Positions 12,597-25,403 of a stretch of DNA of 64,000 bases are shown here, in pieces. The notes below the pieces were generated by a model. It saw nothing but the letters and a program-made list of their open reading frames with translations, had not been told where the DNA came from and did no database searches. The DNA comes from Podarcis bocagei (Eukaryota). Made by a program: the position numbers and the translations under genes. The DNA lies in the NCBI GenBank assembly GCA_964188305.1, contig OZ076888.1. The stretch is one strand, 5' to 3'. How positions within the stretch are numbered: the stretch's first letter is position 1; every line of letters begins with the position of its first letter.

Positions 12597-15296
12597 CTTT
12601 GTTAGCTAATGTGCACATAGATCATCCTATATAAAAATATTTAAGCAATCATTAGAAGAAAATTTAATAAACATAAGGATCCATTCTTTTTGGAACATGT
12701 CATTGTTTACAAACTTTACAAATAAAATTTATACTTGGGTTTGATAGATACTGTACTACTTTCAGAAAGCTAAGACTGAAGATTTAGAAATCACAGCCCC
12801 TTTCTCCCTGTTGAAGTTCTATTTCTTGTTCCTCAAACTGCACTTTTCTTAATGAGGTAAAGCAAGATTATGGAGAGAATTCAGGAACATTACTGGGTTA
12901 GCTGAGAAGTATGAAAATACTTAACCTCAGTTCCATGGGCTGCCCTTTATTAACATTTTCCTGTTACAGACATTCATATAATTGCATTTTCCAGAAGTCC
13001 CATCTCAACTGTTTGGTCCATATATTTGGTGTTACCCAAAAAATGCAAAACAACCATGGAATACAAATCAATTTCAATCATCATTTCTTCTGACTACAAG
13101 ATTCTGCAGAATGTGTCCTTGTCATTTCTGAGTAAAGGGCTTTGATGAGCTAAAATATCAAAACATTTATTGACATCGCTGTAAAGACCTTGGAGTTGGA
13201 GAAGAAAAAGTTAAGACAACAGCAGTAATTGGCGGCAGCAATTTGGAGGCAAAGTGAAACAAAATGGTAGTTTGAGAGGGAGGATGGACCAAAATGTTGG
13301 AAGCTGTGGCACAGTTGGTTGCAATTGGGCAATGGTGGGGAACTGCCCATTTGGCTGCTGCCCATTTGGATTGATAAGCTGAAATGCAGGGAGCCCAGCA
13401 GTAGGTAAAGGCATAGCCAATGACAGGAGGGCCAACTAATTCTACTTTTGTTCCCATTGTCTTTCTTTATGCGTTCTATGAAGGCACCATTGAGACTAAG
13501 GAAGAGTAACTTGACAGGCAGTGCTGTCCCTTGCCCCTGGACATTGTAAATAAGAAGGCAGACAGTTTGGGGCAGACTGGGGGCAGTGCCCAAGTGGGTG
13601 GGGAATCTGTGTCTCTCCAGATGTTGGATTCAAACCATTTGGTTCCATTTCATTTACTACATTGTCATAACAATGCAAGGACAGGATGGTAATAATACTG
13701 ATATTTCTTCCCCCTGGCTCCTGATCTCATTTTGCCTGTTCCCGCCATCCTTATCCACCAGGCAGTTTGTTAATCAAAGGAACTCGGCACAAAAATTGAT
13801 TCTTCTGTATTCTCAGCTGTTCTTCACAAACTTCCTTATTCCCAGGGCAGGAAAAGACAACATGTCTTCTTTAGCCTTTTTTATGATCTGGCAGGTTTTC
13901 CACAGCTTTTAATAATCCCTTTCTCTAAACACTTTACAGCTGATTGCTACAGCTGTCGTCCTCAGACTTGTGGAGCCTGATGACCCCAGATGTGTAGCAC
14001 CATTCCTGTTCCGTGCCACTTTCCCCTTCCTTCACAGTTTATGGCTAGTATTCAAAGTCCTATGCAGCAACCTAACTGGGCGGTGGAGCTTCTATTCCTT
14101 CTAATTGCCACTGCTGCCCAACAACCTGTGTCCAAAATGATAAGGGAGGGTATTCAGGAGTCAACTCTCTGATTCAGTGTTAGCAGCTGTGGTCAGAAAA
14201 CTCATCCTCACAAGCCTTTGTTGTTAAATGTTTCTATCAAATATGGCCAAATCCACTTGATAAGATAGATTTCATAGATTAATATTCCTCAGCACAAGAA
14301 GCCATATATCAGTTATGAGCTGAGTGTTGCGAGACGTGAGAACTATTTATCAAAAGGTGTTAATGTTAGTGTAATTGTTTTATTACTGCTTCAAGCATTG
14401 GTAGATAACCTCATCAGCTTCAAGATATATTATGGTCCAGAATAAAATTCATCAGTTAGGTTGCTTCTGTACATTTTGATAGGAAAAGTGCAGAACAGCT
14501 CTAAATTCCCTTGTGATAACTTGATTACATTCTAGTCTATTAATAATTGTGCAAAGCTAGGCTCTTAAGTATCTATTTAAGCACTCAAATAAATGCTCCT
14601 TCTTCAATGCTGTTGTTGAGCTTCAGCTAGTTCTTAGTCACATTCTTTTACTCCTTTAAAGGAATTGGTCTGATAGCTGAAGATCGACATCTCTATTTAT
14701 GCATCTAATTTTGAGGTCATATTCATTTAAAGGAATAACACTTTGCAAACCGTGCCAACAAAGAGATTTCAGAATGGTAATCTCCAATGATTGGCTCCTG
14801 TTTCCCAAAGAGCTGACAGTCTGGCTAGAGTGGAGAAATGAACAAATGCTGAGGAGGGGACATGAAAAATTATCTGAGGGAAAAAGCTTTACAAAACAAG
14901 TATTTTCTGTCAGAAGTACATCCATTGTGCTGGAGTTACATAGATTCAGTTCCTCTTCCTTTGTTCCAAAAATCAGCAAAATATATGAAATTAGGTTGCA
15001 GTGATTCTCTTGATCTGTTATTTTTTCCCCTTTGCCAAGAATAAAATACCGAACAAAAGAACTTGTAAACAGTATTCTACACTGATCACAGTGTACGAAT
15101 TACCATCCATTAGCATATTCTTTGCTAATATTTTTTTTCCTGCTATGCATATCATGCTACAGGAAAGAGCTTTGCTATCTGGGTATAAATCCTACACTTC
15201 ATGTGAAAGATCTATCCATGGACTGATAATATAATTATGTGTTTCTTCCTTTCCATATAGCCAGACTGAAAGCAGGTCTAAAAGTGGTTGTTGTTG

Positions 15297-15351
15297 TTTC
15301 TTCTTCTTCTTCTTCTTCTTCTTCTTCTTCTTCTTCTTCTTCTTCTTCTTC
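15297..15351. repeat. (TTC)n microsatellite
   Basis: About 18 uninterrupted TTC units, preceded by a short (TTG)n. Confidence 0.95.
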
Positions 15352-17111
15352 CTCTTTTTCTTCCAACTAAGAAAAATAGATAATTTTGAATTCACACATC
15401 AGAGCATAACTATAAAGACCATGGGGGCTAGCCTTGCTATTCCACCAAGGCATCTTTATCTAGGACTGGGATACTGCACAGGGATATCTGCTCTTTCTGA
15501 AAATATAAAATTATCAGCAAAGGAATATACTCTATATACTTAAAGTTACATCAAGTTACACCATAGGATTAAAGGCCTATATAAGTTAATATAGAGAATT
15601 TTCCTTTTAAAGAAGGTGTGATAGCAACACTTGACACCTTAATATTTTTCTCCCTGCTTTCACCCAAGTTAGTGGCCTTCAAACTATATTCTGCTGAGTC
15701 CCGTGGCCACTGGAATTTATCAGTGGGGTGGTTAAATAAAGAAAGCAAGTGTGCCAATATTGCCACCAATCTTCCCTTACAGTGTGAAGTTTCAGGGGAG
15801 TGTTGAGTACATTTTAGGGTGCATTCTCAGATTACATAGAGCCACAATGAGTTTCAGAACACCTGAACAGTAAACAAAGTGTGGATTCTACCAGTGGTTT
15901 CATAATTATTTGTAATGTCCAGGGGATACATAGTAGATAGTTTTAGGTTCCTTTAAAACAAATTAACATCGAAAGCCTGGGTATCACTAGTCTAAGTACA
16001 AAACCTAGACTAGGGATTATGGAAGTTGTTACCCAAAACATCTTGAGTGTACCACATTAACAGCCACTGCTGTAAACGATTGACTTGCCATATTAGCTGA
16101 AGCCATTGTTGGAAGTTATATAAACATGAAAGCTTCCTAGTAGTTAATTCAACTCTTATTTATTTCTCTTTTAGCACACAGTTTAATGACCACTGTCAAC
16201 CCTGCTACATCAATAAATGAAGGTAGGTTTTACAAATAAGCAAGAATAAAGAAGACCAATCTAGGAATGAAAGTATTATTGAGGAAAGGCACAAAAATCT
16301 AAGCCATCCTGCCTGCTGTTCACTTTGTGTTTCTGTTTATTTGTGCCTTATTGCTTTATTTGAAATTAATTAGACATTTTCCCTAAGTATCACAGCAAAA
16401 CCTGCTATCATAACCACATTATCTGGATGCTGAAAAGTAAAGAGAGTCATCATTCAAGCCCTTAACAAATGAATCCAAAACTGGATCTTTCACAAGTAGG
16501 TTTGCTACCAAGGCTCAGGCAGGGGGTGACTTAATATGCTCCCCAAAGTCCATGATGTTATCCTTGTCCAGGAAGATATTTGTGCCCAGACTTTCTTGAA
16601 TCAAAGCAAAGCCTGCCATTCCTTGACTGCAAGCCTGCTGTTATAGCTTTTCTCCCCTCCCCTTCCCAGTTCCTGGCAAAGAGATATCTGGCTCAACTAC
16701 ATGCCAGATTGATGCTCTTTGCGACAGATCCCTTAATAATATTCAGGTCTCCTAGGCCCGGAACAGAAAAGCTCAGCAACAGCAGAGATTTCTATCTCCA
16801 GTATTTTGCTGATATATGAGAACACTGTTATTTCTCTCCCTCCCCCACTTTCCCAATGAACGCACTCACAAAAAAACATTCACACACCCAAGCCCTCAGG
16901 CCCTACGATAAGATTATTTCTGCCTTTACACAGGACAAGCAACAAAGTGATTTATTTTTAGTTTTATCAAATTTACAGTCAGTGAGAGAAAGTTTACACT
17001 TGGGGCTAAATTACATCAGTGCAATATCTTTTAATACATGTATTCAGATGCTATACATGTCTATAGTGGGGCCTCCGTGACAACTGGAGCTACTTCTCCA
17101 GGTTCAGGATA

Positions 17112-17337
17112 TAGTGGTACCTCGGGTTAAGAACTTAATTTGTTCTGGAGGTCCATTCTTAACCTGAAACTGTTCTTAACCTGAAGCACCACTTTAGCTA
17201 ATGGGGCCTCCCGCTGCCGCCGAGCTGCCGCTGCACAATTTCTGTTCTCATCCTGAAGCAAAGTTCTTAACCTGAGGTAATATTTCTGGGTTAGCGGAGT
17301 CTGTAACCTGAAGCGTATGTAACCCGAGGTACCACTG
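17112..17337 (-). mobile_element. pogo/Tigger-like MITE, copy 1
   Basis: TIR (C>T)AGTGGTACCTCGGGTTA / TAACCCGAGGTACCACTG, TA on both sides; opposite orientation to copies 2-4 (strand label is arbitrary). Confidence 0.9.
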
Positions 17338-17872
17338 TATTGTGTAAAACCGGCTTTTGGTTTTGAATTTGGGTATCATGGGCACAATTCATAAAAGAAG
17401 TTCACAGGAATATGCTGCAAAGCCCTTAAAATTCTCTTTGCTAGCTGAAGGCCTAGAAGAAGAGAACAACATAGCACAACAATGGGAATGTCAGTGGGAC
17501 AAAGTTGACTAACCACTTCTCACTTCATATACAAACAATGTTTGCACAGGAAGGATTGCCTGTCCCATTGCCTACTGTTCCACTGTATGGGCCAAAAACA
17601 CAGCAAGTTTTTTTACAAATTTTTTTTGGGTCTGTATTGCTATTGATTAGTACACTAAAAAGTATGAAGCAACAAAATGCAATCCTTCTCTTCTTCCCAC
17701 CTATTTGCACAAGTTGCACCACAGTTTAACTCCACCACACAACACCCCGTATAAAAGTCAAATTCTGCCCACTATTTAGTCTTTATGGAATCTAGAATAA
17801 TATCTGAGAACCTATGAAATCCAAACAAATTCTGTACCACAACAGCTTTTTTTATTTATGATGGTCCATATT

Positions 17873-17920
17873 CTGAAGTTCCCATTCTAGTGCAAACTGA
17901 AGTCCCCATTCTGGTGCAAA
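17873..17920. repeat. 24-bp tandem duplication
   Basis: CTGAAGTTCCCATTCTAGTGCAAA / CTGAAGTCCCCATTCTGGTGCAAA (2 mismatches). Confidence 0.9.
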
Positions 17921-18108
17921 CACGTGCTTTGAGTGGAACTTCATGCAATTTAAAATATTCATTGTGAGTGTTTGCCACAACCATATAGAGAAGTGACATT
18001 GCATGATCATGAGTGCCTTGAGATCCCACAAAAGCTCTGGCCGCAGCTTTTACTAGCATAAATATAGGCAAGAGAAGATAATGGCAACTTCAGACATATA
18101 TGAATATA

Positions 18109-18350
18109 CAGTGGTACCTCAGATTACATACGCTTCAGGTTACATACGCTTCAGGTTACAGACTCCGCTAACCCAGAAATAGTGCTTCAGGTTAAGAACT
18201 TTGCTTCAGGATGAGAACAGAAATCGCACGCCGGCGGCGCAGCAGCAGCAGGAGGCCCCATTAGCTAAAGTGGTGCTTCAGGTTAAGAACAGTTTCAGGT
18301 TAAGAACAGACCTCAGGAACGAATTAAGTACTTAACCCGAGGTACCACTG
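18109..18350 (+). mobile_element. pogo/Tigger-like MITE, copy 2
   Basis: TA|CAGTGGTACCTC...GAGGTACCACTG|TA; repeated internal CTTCAGGTTA units. Confidence 0.92.
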
Positions 18351-19137
18351 TATTTGTATCCCAAATTCAGAAAGTGTTTCAAGCAATCCTGAGAAGTATT
18401 AAATGAGAAGTCTTTTGTATTTTTAAATCTTGTAGTTTAACAGTTTTAGCATTCTGTAACTTAGCCTAAAGTACACTTACTTGGGAGTATGCCCTGTTGA
18501 ACTCAATTGGATTGACTTTTGAGTAGACGTGTCTTGCACAGTCTGCCATCGTCCTAATGGAATCATCACACCTATGAAAATACCATTTTAGTCATGCTTA
18601 GTTGCAAATGAGATCTTTGTATAAGTTTTAAGAGCCTCGCCTTTAATTTACTATGCACATTTAGTAATATGTCTAGACAAGACTCCCCCCCACACACACA
18701 CTTAAAGCATATTACTTAAAATATTCTAATTAACATATCCCAGGCCTTAAAATCAAATGTTTTCTAAAGCACAGTGTTTCTTTTCAACCTTCACTGCAGG
18801 GCAACAATGCAAAACCTGATTGTTTTATTTACATTTTTTTTTCCTTATGTGGTGCACCTTTAACAGACTGAGCCAGCAAATAATTTCTGAGGGTGTCGGT
18901 GGTTTATGTCTTCTTACTTGGTCTGCAGTTCCACAAATCGCAGAAGAACAATGGGTTTTTGTACATCGCATTTTGTGCAATGTGTTATACAACACATTTC
19001 ATATAAATACAGTCATGGACTGGAAAAGCTTACGTCTCATGGAGTCATTATACTTCATAATTTTCAAATTGCTATTGTCTGGTGAATGTCTCATCCTTGC
19101 TTTACTAGCCAAGAAAACCACAGAGATTGTAACCTAA

Positions 19138-19227
19138 CAGTGCAATCCTATGCAGGTTTACTCAGAAGTTAGTCCCATAGTATCCAGTCAGACTTATTCC
19201 TTAGTAAGTGTGTTCAGGAGTGCAACC
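19138..19227. mobile_element. ~90-bp palindromic MITE, PIF/Harbinger-like
   Basis: TAA on both flanks; TGCAATCCTA...TTACTCAGAAGTTAGTC...GACTTATTCC..AGTAAG...CAGGAGTGCAACC. Related copies near 4640, 18465, 19979, 24762, 27960, 29830, 48922, 56013. Confidence 0.65.
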
Positions 19228-19551
19228 TAAAGAAAGACACTTCAACAGTATTGCCCTTAAAGAGTGGAAGTGTTATTAGTGGCTAATCAATCACTTTAGG
19301 CCTATTCAGAAGTTCACACACAGGCACAAACTGTGTTGGGGGTACATAGGGCTGGCAGAATGTGAATATTTTAAAATAATTGAAATACACCCAACCAGCT
19401 TCACTGCATATAGCAACAAAACCCCACATTTTCTGACTCTTCTATGCACACATACTCACTTAGAAGTGCACAAGACCAGGCACCAAGAGGGAACAGGTAT
19501 CTGTTAATTTCCCCATGCCTCATGCCACTTTTATTCTCATTAATTATTATA

Positions 19552-19784
19552 CAGTGGAACCTCGGTTGTCGAACGTAATCCATTCTGGAAGACCGTTTGA
19601 CTTGCGAAACCTTCGACAACTGAGGCGCAATGGGTGGTTGGCAATTTCAATGGAGAAAATAGAGAAATACGCCTCGGAAGCTGTTCAGAGGCGAGTTTGA
19701 AAATGGAAGCATTCACTTCTGGGTTTTTGGCATTTGGGTTCTGAATAGTTCAGCTTCCAAGACGCTCAAAAACCAAGGTTCCAC

Positions 19785-19786
<2 letters not shown>
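19552..19786. mobile_element. pogo/Tigger-like MITE, second family
   Basis: TA|CAGTGGAACCTCGGTT...AACCAAGGTTCCACT. Confidence 0.8.
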
Positions 19787-19826
<40 letters not shown>

Positions 19827-19912
19827 TGCCATCCATCTGACTGAGCTGCCCCAGCCACTCTGAGCGGCTCCTGGCAAAATATTAGACACAATAAAACTTC
19901 AAATATTAAAAT
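19786..19912 (-). mobile_element. LINE (L2-type) 3' tail with (TAA)n microsatellite at 19786-19825
   Basis: Minus strand GAGCCGCTCAGAGTGGCTGGGGCAGCTCAGTCAGATGGATGG then (ATT)n; same tail on + strand at ~63365-63450. Confidence 0.7.
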
Positions 19913-19978
19913 TACAACAGTTTTTACAGATTGGTGCTCTGGGATCATCATTTTCTTTGATTCAAGCTGGATGGACAG

Positions 19979-20068
19979 CAGCCCAATCCTAGCCATGACT
20001 GCTTAGAAGTAAATCCTATTGAATTCAATGGACCTTATTCACAGGTAAGTGGGTTTAGAATTGCAGCC
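19979..20068. mobile_element. ~90-bp palindromic Harbinger-like MITE
   Basis: CAATCCTA...AGAAGTAAATCCTATTGAATTCAATGGACCTTA...TAGAATTGCAGCC|TAA. Confidence 0.65.
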
Positions 20069-21280
20069 TAAATTTATATAGTTTGCAGCTTTTCTGACAC
20101 AAGGACTTTGTTTCCTTTATGATAGGGTCTATATAGCCTAGCGAATGACAACCAGAGCACTGCTTCCGATTCAGGCTTCTGTATTCTCCCAAGATAGATA
20201 AATATAAAATAATAGAAATTCTCAAAGGTACTCTTGATATTGATCTCTCTGGGAATACTCTAGATGTTGTTACTGTACATATTACTTGGATAGCAGATTG
20301 ACACTTAACTGTACTACAGGAAGGCCTGTCCATTCTATCTCCTCTGCTTACTTATGCCCTTAGGCTACACACATACTGAATGTGCCTGAGACAACAGCCG
20401 AAACCAGAACCGTCTCCCTTGCCACTTCTTTTTTGTATGCAGGAGCTTCATTTCTCAGCTGCAAAGAGAATCATGTATCTGAGCATACTAGTGACAGTCT
20501 GCTGTAAAAAAGCAAGAAGCTGCTCATTTGACTTGTGTTTGTGGGTGCACTAAATAGCAGATAATGCACACACACACACACATTATATTATATTTTTATA
20601 TTATTTTATTTTTAAGCAGTATAGGGGGGAAGGGCGGGTAGCTTAGGGCATTAATCACTTTCATGATAATGGATCTGGCCAGACATTAAACATTTAGAGA
20701 GAGAGATTCAGTTGTGCAAAAGGATCTTTGCTAGTACAGTGGGACATCCGGTGGTTCCCAAACTCTCTAGAGAAGATTTTTGCAGGGAATGTGGTGGAGT
20801 GGGGAAGAGGAGGATAGACAAGCCCTGTGGCACTAGTGAACATCTGCTGTGACTGCACTGTATCTCATCCTCATGCCTTTATCCAAGTATAGTAAGTTGC
20901 GAATGAGTCCCACTGAAAACAACGGGTGGAGTTCAATTTTATATTCTTCCCATCAGTCCATTTGTTGCAAGCATTTCAGCTTGTCAGATGGAATCGTCCC
21001 CCCTCTCTTCCTGCTGCATGCTGTTCTGGGGTTTCTCCTGGCTCTAAGGGGCCAATTTCAGTGGGCGCACAGGAGGAGAAGGAGAGTAGGAAAGGGCTGT
21101 TCCACAAGTGGAAATCCTTGTGCAGGGCTGCCGCTGACAGGGTGCTATAGGTGAATCCAACACAATGAATGGGACTTAACTATACTAATGGCTCACTTGT
21201 TTCATTCATTTCAATGTGCTGCACCCCTACTGGACATACCTCCCTTTATTATATTGCATTTTTATTATTTTAGGTGTAGT

Positions 21281-21656
21281 CAGTGCTTTTTTCTGGGGGG
21301 ACCCTGGGGTACACACACGCCTAAACATTTTGTGAATTAAGTTTGGACTCATTGAGGGGCAGTACAGTGGTACCTCGGGTTACATACGCTTCAGGTTACA
21401 GACACTTCAGGTTACAGACTCCGCTAACCCAGAAATAATACCTCAGGTTAAGAACTTTGCTTCAGGATGAGAACAGAAATCGCGCAGCGGTAGGCCCCAT
21501 TAGCTTAAAGTGGTACCTCAGGTTAAGAACAGTTTCAGGTTAAGAATGGACCTCCAGAATGAATTAAGTTCTTAACCTGAGGTACCACTGTATTTCAGTA
21601 TGCGTAGGAAAATGAGAGTAACCCTAAACATTTTTTTTTAGGGGAAAAAAGCACTG
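21281..21656. mobile_element. hAT-like MITE hosting a pogo-like MITE
   Basis: TIR CAGTGCTTTTTT / AAAAAAGCACTG; imperfect TSD GTGTAGT/ATGTAGT; internal repeat CCTAAACATTTT twice. Confidence 0.7.
21365..21590 (+). mobile_element. pogo/Tigger-like MITE, copy 3 (nested)
   Basis: TA|CAGTGGTACCTCGGGTTA...TAACCTGAGGTACCACTG|TA. Confidence 0.92.
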
Positions 21657-23642
21657 ATGTAGTTAAGTGGTGACCATTTTAGGTGTGATAAGTGTCCCAG
21701 TCTTCAAATGCAAAGGACACAATCCAATGGAAGTCACTTGTGTTTAAGACCCATTGAAACATTTAGCTGCACACTAATTCAACTGATAGGATGCTAACAT
21801 TTGCTACATTGCATCCAGCAGAAGGAAATCCTTGACATCCCCTTTCTTCTCCTCTTCTGCACTGTGGTGGTAAACATGAGATTGAAAGCACCTACATCTG
21901 TTTTAAATGAACTGGAACACTTTGCTGCCAACTGAGACACATGGCACCTCATCTTTACATGTTTTCTCTCTGGCTCTTTTCTCAGTATCTCCTGCTTGCT
22001 GATAATAGTAACTCCTTTTGTTTATCTATGGGGAATTTTACCTGGCTCTGTTACTACTCTCTTAGATGTTACTGGGTTTTTCAGTAAGGTGTTTTTTTTT
22101 TTTAGATTTGTGTTTTGTCACATTTTTTATTGTTTTGTTGTGGTTATGCACTGCTTCAGGCACCATTTTCATTGGTAGGGAATGTGGCACATAAATTCAA
22201 GAACTGTATCTAAATAAGATAAATAAATGGAAACCTTAAGAGTTGTCCTGTGAAACTGGATGTCAGAATGCATGCAAACTATATATCAGTATAGTACAAA
22301 TAAATCAAACTAAAGGAGCCCAATGCTTATAGACGGGCATTAGGATAAGTATATCTTAAGAAAGTTCTTATTCAGACTTGGCTTCAGGCAATGAAACGTC
22401 ATAGATGTAGAACTCTAGTGGGTGAAATTTCTAGGGAGCAAATTAGGCTAAAAACATCTTCTAGAGACAGCTAGAAAGGAATCACACACCACTTGAAAAT
22501 AAGGCTAGTTATTCAGTAAATGTTTCATTTATTGGTCTTCTTCCATTGCTGTTTAGGGTTAAAAGACACGCTGTCAATAAAAATGGTAAATTTATGGATG
22601 GTTTGGTTTTTCAGAGCCTCGGTCCTTGTTACATACATGTATTAAGCTTGATATTGCCTCATGATAGTGTGAGATTACATTTCGATCACTGCCCCTTTCT
22701 TTCAGACTAATAATATTTTTGTTGTCTGGTGAAACTTACTAATAAACCTTGGAATTATAGCAGAATATAGGTTCAAAGAATTTAGTGGTCTACATAGGCA
22801 TGGCTAGTAAAAAGAAGCTTGGCTTTTAAGACGTTAAGTACCAAAAAGGCTGGGATTTGTTTTTTGTTTTAAAAAATTGGATTCCTTTTAATAACGTTCT
22901 TACAGAAACACTCCAGTGTTCAAGCTTATAAAAGAAAAACAAACAGAGAAGGCTTTTGATGCACACTCTTGGGAGTATTTATCCATCCACCCCCAATTCT
23001 CAGATTTCACACGAAAATTTTAAAATGCATAAAATGTAGGGAAACATGATTGCAATGTAATTTCTGTTTGCTCTAATAGGGACACAGAAATGCACACATC
23101 CAATTGCAAGCAATCAGGTTTAAACTAACATGGTTGCAGATAGACACTGTGGCATAGTGGATAAGGTGAGGACTTAGAACTGGGCTGGTATCAGAAGCTC
23201 TTCTAGCATCCCTCCTTTTTCTGAAGGAAGGCCTGAGACCCCAGCAAGGCTTGTTATTTGATGTCCTGCCGCCAGTGTAATCTCACTTCTGAAAATGGTG
23301 CCATCTTGAGTGGGCTAAGATGGGAGAACAAGTCCAGTTTCTGGGGAGGGGACAGCATGGATTTTCTTCCTTTCGTTCCCTGATGCTACTGTGAATTCTC
23401 CCACTGCCAAGATGCCCGAGGAACCAGTTAACGGGCAATGCAACTTCACCAAGCCAGGCCAAGTGAAGCTGAGAGGCTAGGAGATAGGAACCTAGCCTAA
23501 ATAATACCCAAATTGGAGGCAGGACAGTCAAACACCAGCAGCTGTTATAAAGACAGTGCTAATGGTGTGAGGGATTGCATTTGCACAGTAGCCAAACCCT
23601 TTCCATGTCAGTTGTATTGCTCACATGTGCCTGTATGAAAGC

Positions 23643-23709
<67 letters not shown>
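23643..23709. repeat. (AAT)n microsatellite
   Basis: About 22 perfect units. Confidence 0.95.
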
Positions 23710-23713
<4 letters not shown>

Positions 23714-24644
23714 TTCAGATGGAGGTGACATAAATAAAACAAATCTGTTGAAGGGTCCCCAAAACTGGCTGGTCTAGTCAACAACCAACTGGCTATCTTA
23801 ATATGAGATTAACTGAAAACATGACATCAGTCTGGCGAACAGAAATTGGAACATTTGGAAATTGGAACAGCAGTATTTGATAGGAACTCTGTTGTATTGG
23901 GGTGTGTTTTGATTAGTTCAGTGGCATACCTAAATGGACTTATTTCTGAAAATGTATTACTCATTGATCATATATTTTTGAAGACTGGTATCCTCAAGAC
24001 ACATGGCTCATAACTGGAATGCACTCGCTGAAATCCCACTACAGACAATGGGGCTACTCTTGAATGAATGATTGAGGCAGCTAAAGAAGTTCTATTGACT
24101 TCAGCCACCTTACTTTGGATAAGATGGCTTGAAGTCTAAAGCATATGTTGTCTAATTCAGTGAGGGTATGACCTTAAACTCATTTATGCAAAAGTAGGTT
24201 GACAGAAAATATGGCTTATTTCCATGTAAAATAGTAAGTGACTGATCATGGGTTTACAAAACACCTTATAACAAGTTACAGGATCAGCTCAAGGCTCCTT
24301 ATCTTGCTGAGATAGTTAGCTTGTGTGCATTTTCCCAAGCAGTTCTGCAAAAAGCAAAGGTCAGGTATGCTAGGGGATCCAAAGCAAATTTAGCAGACCA
24401 TTTTAAGCATACATAAAGAATTCTGGCAGAAATCCCAGTTATCTTGAGGTCAGTGGCAAAACTCCAAGCTATTTCAAAGGAGACAAGATTTACCTGCAAT
24501 ATTACTTTTCATAGGATTTGGAGGGAGCTTAAACTGGTACCATTGTTCAAACGTCCTTGCTTGGCTCCTTCTTATAATACGTACAGTCCAATCTAAATTA
24601 TAGGTGTAGATGCTTTAATACAAAATACATTTATCTCAGATCAG

Positions 24645-24930
24645 TTATTATTATCTGCGTAGCCACCTTTCCTGCAAGGAGCTCCGGGACACAAATATTG
24701 AATCCACCTTTTAAGCCTCTCAGTAACTTAGGTAGGTTAGGCTGAGTGGTCAAGGGTCACAGACTGAAATGCTACCCATGTCTACTCAGAAGTAAGTCCT
24801 GATGAATTGAGTGTGGCTTACTCCCAAGTAAGTGGGTTAGGATTGCAGCCTAAGTGAGTTTCATGGGTGGACTTGAACCTGAGTCTTCTGGATCCTACTC
24901 TAACACTCTCTCCACTAATCCACATTGGGT
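24645..24930 (-). mobile_element. Degraded tRNA-SINE interrupted by a palindromic MITE (~24762-24850)
   Basis: GGTAGGTTAGGCTGAG...CAAGGGTCAC, then the MITE ending TAGGATTGCAGCC|TAA, then GTGAGTTTCATGG...CTTGAACCTGAGTCTTC; same SINE family as 12368-12596. Confidence 0.6.
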
Positions 24931-25092
24931 CCATGTGTTATGAGTAGCTTAAGTTACGGCTTTGCTTTTAGAGACATGTAAGTGGGATCCATTCCTTTTC
25001 CAGTTTCTCCTTGTGTGTGTTGAAGTGAAATTAATTATACTTTAAAAAATGTATATTGTTCTAATTAAAGTGATCCATGTGCTTAACATATA

Positions 25093-25403
25093 CATGGGCT
25101 CCTAAACTGTGGTCCATGGAACAGCAGGGGTCCACAAACTTCATTCAGGTGAGCCGTGGTAAATCTGCATTAAATAATCATATTGTTTTTTAATTGCTGT
25201 TTTAGTTTCTTGTATTGTATTTTATAGCATCACAGTCTGAATTCTGTGGAGGAGTGCAAACTGCAACACAATATTAGAAATAAAAGAAGCCACAAAAATA
25301 AAATTAAAACTCATATAGCACCTAGTACAATTGCTACAACAGGACCCTCAGGGCCTTGAGTAATTCTAAAGTGGTCCATGGGGGAAAAGTTTGGAAACAA
25401 CTG
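25093..25403. mobile_element. Old Charlie/MER5-like non-autonomous hAT
   Basis: Left CTCCTAAACTGTGGTCCATGGA...GGTCCAC, right GTGGTCCATGGGGGAAAAGTTTGGAAACAACTG; AT-rich interior; no clear TSD. Confidence 0.5.

Noticed and set aside
15192-15395. Poly-K, poly-I and YI-repeat ORFs (also 19766-19996, 35209-35416)
   Set aside because: Translations of microsatellites.
18109-18350. CRISPR-like spaced repeats (CTTCAGGTTA units)
   Set aside because: Eukaryotic DNA; units lie within TIR-bounded, TA-flanked MITEs with the same spacers in every copy; no cas genes.
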